Positions 57,658 through 64,000 of a stretch of DNA of 64,000 bases are shown one piece after another (positions within the stretch are counted from its first letter, which is position 1; every line of letters begins with the position of its first letter). The stretch is from an uncultured bacterium (GTDB lineage: Bacteria > Krumholzibacteriota > Krumholzibacteriia > Krumholzibacteriales > Krumholzibacteriaceae), in NCBI GenBank assembly GCA_963786935.1, contig CAWBAN010000004.1:96001-160000 (forward strand), read 5' to 3'. The notes below the pieces were generated by a model. That model did not search any database, was not told the origin of the DNA, and saw only the letters and a list, made by a program, of their open reading frames with translations. A program made the translations under genes and the position numbers.

Positions 57658-58810
57658 CGACGTCGATCACCGTCTTCACGACGTAATCGATTTCCTTCTC
57701 CGTCAGCTTGGGATAGAGCGGAAGGCTGATCGTGCGGGCGCCGATATCCTCGGCGACGGGAAACGCGCCCGGCCGGTAGCCGTAGCGTTCGCGGTAATAC
57801 GTCATCAGGTGCACGGGGTAGAAGTTCACCGAAACGCCGACGCCGCGGTTCTGGATCTCCTCGAGGATCCGGTCGCGCCGCGCGCGGTCGACGAGGATCG
57901 TGAAGAGGTGGCACGCGTGCCGCGCCTCGGGCCGCCTCGTGTGGATCTCGATGCCGTCGACGTCGCGGAACGCGTCCGCGTAGCGCTCGTAGATCTCGGC
58001 GCGGCGCGCGAGGAAGCCCTCGAGCTTCCCGAGCTGCTCCACGAGAATCGCCGCGTGGATGTTGTCCATGTTGTATTTCCAGCCGAAGACGTCGACGTCG
58101 TACCGCTCGAAATGGTTCGAGTATCGCTCCTGGGCGCTCTTGTCGAAGCCGTGGAGCCGGAGCTTTTTCAGGAGCTCCGTCTTCGCCGCGTTCCGCGACG
58201 AGATCGCGCCTCCCTCTCCCGAGGTGATGTTCTTGGTCGCGTAGAAGCTGAAGCACGCGAAGTCGCCGTAATGTCCCGGTTTCCTGCCGTTCCATTCCGA
58301 CTCGAGCGAGTGGGCGGCGTCCTCGACGACGACGAGCCCGCGCTTCCGCGCGATGTCGCCGATGGCCGTCATGTCGCACATCTGTCCGTAGAGATGGACG
58401 GGCATGATCGCCCGCGTCCGATCGGTGATCGCGGCCTCCACGCACGCGGGGTCGATGTTCGCCGTCGCGCGATCGACGTCGGCGAACACGGGGGTGGCCC
58501 CCGCCATGATGACGCTGTTCGCCGTGCCGATGAAGGTGACCGGCGTGGTGATGACCTCGTCCCCTGGCCCGATTCCCGATGCCAGAAGGGCGAGCTGCAT
58601 CGCCGCCGTGCAGCTCGTCACGGCCACGGTGGAGGGAAGGCCGAGATAGGAGGCGAGCCCCTGCTCGAACTCGCTGACCTCGTCTCCGGTCGTGAGGAAG
58701 AGCGAGCGGAACACGCGCTCGACGCGCTGGAGCTCCTCCTCGCCGATGTTATGCTTGCAGTACTCGACTTTTCGTTTCAATGCGCCTCGTCTCCCGACCC
58801 GGTGCGTCAT
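57644..58810 (-). CDS. DegT/DnrJ/EryC1/StrS (ArnB-like) sugar aminotransferase
   Basis: SCTAAM, GPGDEVIT, PVHLYG, EDAAH, FSFYATKNITSGEGG, ISLPLYP. Start may be TTG 58780. Confidence 0.92.
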   Translation of the reverse strand: MTHRVGRRGALKRKVEYCKHNIGEEELQRVERVFRSLFLTTGDEVSEFEQGLASYLGLPSTVAVTSCTAAMQLALLASGIGPGDEVITTPVTFIGTANSVIMAGATPVFADVDRATANIDPACVEAAITDRTRAIMPVHLYGQMCDMTAIGDIARKRGLVVVEDAAHSLESEWNGRKPGHYGDFACFSFYATKNITSGEGGAISSRNAAKTELLKKLRLHGFDKSAQERYSNHFERYDVDVFGWKYNMDNIHAAILVEQLGKLEGFLARRAEIYERYADAFRDVDGIEIHTRRPEARHACHLFTILVDRARRDRILEEIQNRGVGVSVNFYPVHLMTYYRERYGYRPGAFPVAEDIGARTISLPLYPKLTEKEIDYVVKTVIDVVSGS

Positions 58811-61800
58811 CGCAGGTAGAGGATCTTGCGGGTCTGGGAGAACTTGCCCGCCTTGATGCGGCAGAAATACACGCCGGAGGCCACGCCGCGCCCCGCGCCG
58901 TCCGTGCCGTTCCAGAGCACCGAGTAGCGCCCCGGTCCACGGACCGTCCGCTCGAGCGTCGCGATGGAGCGCCCCGCGGGATCGAAGATCGCGATCTCGA
59001 CGTCGCAGCGCTCACCGATCGAATAGAAGATCGACGTCGTTCCGTTGAAGGGATTCGGATAGTTTTGCTCGAGCGCGGTCGCGAATACCGGCGGGACGGG
59101 GCCCTCTTCGTCCCCGCCGTCGCCGACGCCGATCTTGTTCCTGATGGCGAAGAGAGAGTCGCTCTCGTCCAGCGCCGCGAGGCTGCCCAGGTCGAATGCA
59201 AGGATCTTCACGAGACACGAATCCGAAAGGGACGGAGGTATGATCCACGAATAGGACGAGTCGGCGGGCAATCCGTGCGCGATGCGCTGGTACGTGTCCC
59301 CCGCGTCGTCGGAATAGTAGACGCTGACCGAATCGGCGTCCTCCCCGCCCGTCACGGTCCATTGGACGCGGATCGTATCTCCGACCTCGAAGATCTCACC
59401 GCCGTTCGGATAGACGACGGTCGCGATCGGAGTAAATTCCCAGATCCGCAGCCCGGTCTCGTCGGAGTATCCGCCGCCGTAGCCGGTCGCGTTGACGGCG
59501 GAGACGCGGTAGTAATGAAGCCCCGGGGGCGGGGAAACGAAGAGGAAGCACGTCGGCGCCCCGACGCTCGCCAGGTAGTTCGCCGCGTCCGGCACGAATC
59601 CGGCCGCCGTATCGGAATACACCGCGTACGAGGTCACGTCGCCGGGGACGGCGCCCCAGACGAGATAATAGTCGGGATTCGCCGGCGCGGGATTGGCGCC
59701 GAGCCACTTGACGTACTCGGGGGCCGCCATGAGGGCATCGGGGCCTCCGAAGGCGCCCTGATCGGCGCGCGATCCGTCCGGATCGGCCGGCGACGCGGGA
59801 TCGCCGGTGTCGATTCCTCCCGAGTGCACGAGGAGGTGATAGTCGAACGAGGTCGTATCCGCGTAGTGCGGATGCCTGCTCGTGTTCGTCGCGTCCGCCC
59901 CCGCCGCCACGATGTTGACCGGCGTGTTGCCGAAGGCGTTGTTGTACCGGAACGTGACGTTGGCGAGGCTGTTCGTCTGGAAGCCGTTCTTCGTTCCGTA
60001 CGTGAACAGGTTGTTCTTGACGGCGAGCGAGGGGGTCGCCGCGAGGAACATGTTCCCGCCGCCGTAGAGACCGCGGTTGCGGTCGAAGGTGTTGTTCGTC
60101 ACGCCGCCCCAGCAGCTGTCCGCGTACATGCCGCCGCCGATGACGTTCGAGCGATTCAGCGTGACGACGCAGTTCGAAACGTCGAGGGCGCTGAAGCGCG
60201 TGTAGATGCCCGCTCCGAACGAGGAGCTCGTATTCTGCTTCACGAACGCGCGGGAGAGCGTGAGGGCGGAACGCTCGGCGCAGATCCCGGCCCCGACGTC
60301 GAGACCGTCGTTGAGGGCGATCGTGTCGCCGTCGATCGTCGCGGGGCTCAGGAAAAGGTAGACGCCCGCGCCCTTGCGGTAGCCGTCGTTGTCTTGGATA
60401 ACGTTCCCCTCGAGCGCCGCCGTCGCGTGGAGCGCGTAGACGCCGCCGCCGTGCCTCGCCCCGCTGTATTCCGGATCCGGCCGGCACCCGGTGATACGGT
60501 TCCCCCGGATCGTCGCGTTCGCCTCGTAGAGATAGACGCCGCCGCCGCACTGCGCGAGGCAGCCCTCGATCCGGTTCCCCTCGATGAGCGGGGCGCCGCC
60601 GTAGCAGGCGATCCCGCCGCCGCCGCTGAATTCGAGCACGGGGGCGACACCGCACGAATCGATGCGGTTGTTTCTGATGACCGGGGACGACTGATAGCTG
60701 AGGATCGCGCCGCCGTAGATGCCGTTCGCGGGCATCGGGAGGAACGTGCCGGATCCGCCCGTCAGCCGGAAGCCCTCGATGCCGCAGATGCCGGCCGCAA
60801 CGTTCATGAAGCTGACGAGGCTTCCGCCCGCCTGAATCTTCGTGACGTACGTTTCGGGATCGCGGACGGTGAAGTCGTCGTTCCATCCGCCGAAGAGGTA
60901 CACAGCCGTTTCGACGGTGATCGCCTGATTGTAGGTGTCCCCCCTGACGATGATCGTATCTCCCGGCACGCCGGCGTTCACCGCATCCTGGATCGTCGTC
61001 GCGGCCCACGCGGGGAGGCTGTAGGGGAATATGTTCCCACCCGATTTCGAGACATAGCGGTACGGCTCGCCCCTAATCGTGAAGTTGACGTCGCTCATGT
61101 CGTAACCGCCGACGTCCCCGTTCCAGTACGCGACGACCTTGATACGAGCGGTGTTCACGGGGAGATCGGGAACCTCCCATGTGTACGAGGTGGAGAGGCC
61201 GGAGAGGCCCGAGGCGATGGTGTGGTCGTACGTCGCCCCGCCGTCGAGGCTCAAGAGTATGCTGATGGAGTCAGGCGTCTGCCGCGATGTGTACCACGTG
61301 ATGTCGTAGGAACCCCCGAAGATCTCGGCCACGTCCCATACTTCTCCGTGGTTCGGAGCGGTGACGTGCACGAGCACGTCGGTCGGCTGATAGACGATCT
61401 GATAGGCGTACGTGCCGATGTTGCAGACGCCGTACTTGATGTACCCGAAGCCCCCCATGCCCCAGCCCTCGCCCCAGCTGTTCTTGATGATCCACGCGCC
61501 CTGCCCGCTGCACTGGTTGTCGTCCCAGCCGACGATGAGGACGGCGTGGTTGACGCTCCCCGTCACGGTTCCGTTGTTGTAGCAGCCGCTCGTGTAGTCG
61601 TAGAAATCGTCGTCCACGTAGAACGCGCTCGAGACGGGACCGGTCTGAAGCGCGGCCTTGATCGCGTCCACGGTGTTCGTCACGTCCATGAAATCGGATA
61701 TCTTCGAAACGACGGAGCAGCCGAACGTCGCCGTCCTGCACGGCCGATCGCTTCGCACTTCATAGGGGTAGCACAGCTCGGTCCCCGATCCGGTTTCCAT

Positions 61801-62301
61801 GAAGTACATGAGCGCCGACCACACCGTTCCGCCGTCGCAGCCTCCGCCATACTCTTCGCAGTCGATGACCTGCTGCTCGGAGAGATCCTCGAGCCGCTTG
61901 TCGAAAATCATGGTGTGGGATTCGAGCTGCGCGACCGCCGCGAACGCCCAGCACGAGCCGCACGAGCGCTGGTTCGTCACGGGGCTCACGCCGTAATTCT
62001 GCCGCCAGTCGAAGGCGGTCGCGTAGACGGCGCCCGCGGGAGACGTGAGCGCCGGGCCTCTTTTGCCCTGTCCCTCCGGCAGCGGCAGAAGGCCGAGAAG
62101 CCGCTTCTTCTCTTCCGCCGAGAGCCCCGAGACGGACGTTTTTCCCGCCGTCCATTCGTAGCCGAGCTCGGCGTTCCGTTTGTTGATCTCGGCGATTCTC
62201 TCGTCTACGGTCTTTTCGGCGGACGCCGGAGCCGCGGCGAGAAGGAACAGCGACGCAATCGCCGCAGCCATCGTGAATTGGAACAAGGGGTGGGATTTCA
62301 T
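58807..62301 (-). CDS. Secreted C1A (papain-like) cysteine peptidase with beta-helix and FlgD-Ig/T9SS-like C-terminal domain
   Basis: QRSCGSCWAF, VNHAV, IKNSWG; GGG(I/V)Y beta-helix repeats; LEQNYPNPFN...WNGTD..G..VASGVYF. Confidence 0.9.
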   Translation of the reverse strand: MKSHPLFQFTMAAAIASLFLLAAAPASAEKTVDERIAEINKRNAELGYEWTAGKTSVSGLSAEEKKRLLGLLPLPEGQGKRGPALTSPAGAVYATAFDWRQNYGVSPVTNQRSCGSCWAFAAVAQLESHTMIFDKRLEDLSEQQVIDCEEYGGGCDGGTVWSALMYFMETGSGTELCYPYEVRSDRPCRTATFGCSVVSKISDFMDVTNTVDAIKAALQTGPVSSAFYVDDDFYDYTSGCYNNGTVTGSVNHAVLIVGWDDNQCSGQGAWIIKNSWGEGWGMGGFGYIKYGVCNIGTYAYQIVYQPTDVLVHVTAPNHGEVWDVAEIFGGSYDITWYTSRQTPDSISILLSLDGGATYDHTIASGLSGLSTSYTWEVPDLPVNTARIKVVAYWNGDVGGYDMSDVNFTIRGEPYRYVSKSGGNIFPYSLPAWAATTIQDAVNAGVPGDTIIVRGDTYNQAITVETAVYLFGGWNDDFTVRDPETYVTKIQAGGSLVSFMNVAAGICGIEGFRLTGGSGTFLPMPANGIYGGAILSYQSSPVIRNNRIDSCGVAPVLEFSGGGGIACYGGAPLIEGNRIEGCLAQCGGGVYLYEANATIRGNRITGCRPDPEYSGARHGGGVYALHATAALEGNVIQDNDGYRKGAGVYLFLSPATIDGDTIALNDGLDVGAGICAERSALTLSRAFVKQNTSSSFGAGIYTRFSALDVSNCVVTLNRSNVIGGGMYADSCWGGVTNNTFDRNRGLYGGGNMFLAATPSLAVKNNLFTYGTKNGFQTNSLANVTFRYNNAFGNTPVNIVAAGADATNTSRHPHYADTTSFDYHLLVHSGGIDTGDPASPADPDGSRADQGAFGGPDALMAAPEYVKWLGANPAPANPDYYLVWGAVPGDVTSYAVYSDTAAGFVPDAANYLASVGAPTCFLFVSPPPGLHYYRVSAVNATGYGGGYSDETGLRIWEFTPIATVVYPNGGEIFEVGDTIRVQWTVTGGEDADSVSVYYSDDAGDTYQRIAHGLPADSSYSWIIPPSLSDSCLVKILAFDLGSLAALDESDSLFAIRNKIGVGDGGDEEGPVPPVFATALEQNYPNPFNGTTSIFYSIGERCDVEIAIFDPAGRSIATLERTVRGPGRYSVLWNGTDGAGRGVASGVYFCRIKAGKFSQTRKILYLR

Positions 62302-62399
62302 GCGGAGCATTCTCCTTCGTGGATCGGGATGCCGTATCGATGCCTCAAATGCGTAATCTAAAGGTAAAGTAAGGCTTCTGAAGGCCGGAAGCCACAACA

Positions 62400-62428
62400 A
62401 TTATAGCAGAAAGCCCTCCGATCTCCAA
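62400..62428 (-). promoter_or_regulatory. Sigma-70-type promoter
   Basis: Minus strand TTGGAG-17 nt-TATAAT with extended -10 TG. Confidence 0.55.
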
Positions 62429-62504
62429 CGGGTTGCAAGTTCGTCATTCATCCATTACAATACGGCGTCACACGCGAATCTCCGCTCAACGGAAGGAGCC
62501 GTCG

Positions 62505-64000
62505 ATGTCGAATATCATCAATGCGTTGCCCAGGGCGGCGATCGTAATGCCGGTCGCCCTCCTTCTCGTGATCCACGGCGCGGGCCCGGCGGCCGGAGAA
62601 GGGAAGGGAAAGACGGAACCCGCTCGGGGCGCGTTCGCCTCGAGGCAGGAGCGCGTCGCGGCGGTCGCCGGCGAGGTCTATTCGGCGAGCGAAACGAACG
62701 AGACCCTGCGCTATCTCTGCGACGAGATCGGCGGGAGGCTCTCGGGGACCAACGGATGCGATCGTGCGCTCGATTATGCCGAGAAGCTCTTCAAGGAGTA
62801 TGGATTGAGCGGCATCCGGCAGGAAACGTACGAATTCCCCGGCTGGTTCAGGGGGGCCTTCCGGTGCGAGGTTACGTCCCCCCGGCCGCTGGCGATGCAC
62901 GCGCTCGCGCTCGCGAACACGCCGTCGACACCAGCGGGGGGCGTCGAGGCGGAGGTGATCGACGCGCTGCACGGGAACCCCGTCGAGCTGGATCGTCTCG
63001 GGAGCGCGCTGGCGGGAAAATTCGCGCTCGTTCTCGACGAGCCCATGCCCGGCGGGCGCTGGATGCACCGCTCCGAGATCATGAAGGAGCTCGCGAAGCG
63101 CGGCGCCGCGGGAATGCTGTTTCAATCGACCGAGCCGGGGCAGCTCCCGATGACGGGAACGTGCTGGAATCGCGGCGTGAGCCCCATTCCGGGCGCGGGG
63201 ATATCGAAGGAAGACGGCGAATGGATCAAGCGCGCTCTCGCGCGGGGGGAGAAGGTCGCCGTGCGAGTCGAGATGACGAACGAGACGAGGCCCGCGCGCT
63301 CCGCGAACGTCGTCGGCGAGATCCCGGGGACCGGCGACGAGTTCGTGATCGTGGGAGGCCACATCGATTCGTGGGACATCGCGCAGGGGGCCGTCGACAA
63401 CGCGACGGGATCGGCCGTGGTCCTCGAAGCGGCGCGCGCCCTCGCCAAGGCGGGGATCCGGCCCCGCGCGACGATCCGGTTCGTCCTCTTCACGGGGGAG
63501 GAGTCGGGGCTCTACGGATCGAACGCGTACGCCGCGGCGCACGAGGCGGAGCTTCCGCGGTGCCGCGCGATGATCAACTGTGATATGGAAGGAGCGCCCC
63601 TCGGGCTCCGCGTCATGGGACACGAGGAGACGCGCCCCTTCTTCGAGGAGCTGCTCGCGGCGATTCCGGGGCTCGCCCTCACCGCGCCGCTCTCGTTCCG
63701 CCCGGGGATTCACGGAGACCAGCAGGCGTTCCTCCTCAGGGGAGTGCCCGCGCTCAGCCCCTCATCGCATCTCGAGGAGGCGAGCGTCCGCTACTATCAT
63801 ACGGCGGGGGACACGTACGACAAGGCCGATCCGAAGCCGCTTTCGGCCTGCGCGGCGTTCGTGGCGGCGGTCGCCCTCGAGATCGCCTGGCCGGAGCAGC
63901 GCCCCATCGAGAGCCTCGACGAAGCGGGAGTGGAGAAGCTCGTCCGCGACAACAAGCTCGACGAGGCGCTCAAGGTGTGGAACGAGTGGCCGCTGAAGCG
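62505..64000 (+). CDS. M28 family metallopeptidase with PA domain (carboxypeptidase Q-like), 3'-partial
   Basis: Absent from the ORF track because it runs off the window. AAGGAG RBS; hand translation gives LCDEIGGRLSG, GGHIDSWD, DNATG, FTGEESGLYGS, YYHTAGDT. Confidence 0.88.
   Translation, partial: MSNIINALPRAAIVMPVALLLVIHGAGPAAGEGKGKTEPARGAFASRQERVAAVAGEVYSASETNETLRYLCDEIGGRLSGTNGCDRALDYAEKLFKEYGLSGIRQETYEFPGWFRGAFRCEVTSPRPLAMHALALANTPSTPAGGVEAEVIDALHGNPVELDRLGSALAGKFALVLDEPMPGGRWMHRSEIMKELAKRGAAGMLFQSTEPGQLPMTGTCWNRGVSPIPGAGISKEDGEWIKRALARGEKVAVRVEMTNETRPARSANVVGEIPGTGDEFVIVGGHIDSWDIAQGAVDNATGSAVVLEAARALAKAGIRPRATIRFVLFTGEESGLYGSNAYAAAHEAELPRCRAMINCDMEGAPLGLRVMGHEETRPFFEELLAAIPGLALTAPLSFRPGIHGDQQAFLLRGVPALSPSSHLEEASVRYYHTAGDTYDKADPKPLSACAAFVAAVALEIAWPEQRPIESLDEAGVEKLVRDNKLDEALKVWNEWPLK

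Noticed and set aside
53485..62361. Very long antisense or alternate-frame ORFs (e.g. 53485-56979 minus, 58780-62361 plus, and similar ones throughout the window)
   Set aside because: Shadow ORFs expected in high-GC DNA; Arg/Gly/Ala-rich, motif-free and overlapping well-supported genes.

Overview
GC-rich bacterial chromosomal window. FlgD-Ig/T9SS-like C-termini and short '[ST]WxxIKx(L/K)(Y/F)' tails suggest an FCB-associated candidate lineage such as Krumholzibacteria/Latescibacteria (inference). Most genes are housekeeping or envelope genes: M16 peptidase, glgC, nadE, dapA/dapB, apgM, MacA/MacB-type exporter, nth, acyl-CoA synthetase, pfkA, DegT aminotransferase, C1A and M28 peptidases. Highlights: (1) A 13-kb four-gene DUF11 operon (44.5-57.7 kb) behind a sigma-54-like promoter. 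It reads as a complete, possibly undescribed pilus system: a non-catalytic chaperone/cap-like domain, a shaft subunit with an N-terminal Asn-bearing donor hairpin and a truncated C-terminal Lys/Asp acceptor domain, an OmpA plus beta-barrel outer-membrane base, and a lectin-tipped subunit. (2) A 70-aa DUF1858-like selenoprotein (CxxU with a SECIS-like hairpin) that the ORF track missed, in an arsR-trxA operon. (3) An Lrp / PLP gamma-lyase / homoserine dehydrogenase / ALDH operon next to dapAB, where the dehydrogenase carries a histone-H1-like tail in the -1 frame. (4) An ~8.4-kb acquired island with two arylsulfatases, a broken FixJ-type regulator and an IS91/ISCR remnant whose oriIS end forms a near-consensus promoter, bracketed by copies of a 40-bp repeat. 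Two apparent single-base deletions (nadE, hom) may be assembly errors. No rRNA, tRNA or CRISPR array was recognised. All family calls are from motif recognition by eye, not database searches.
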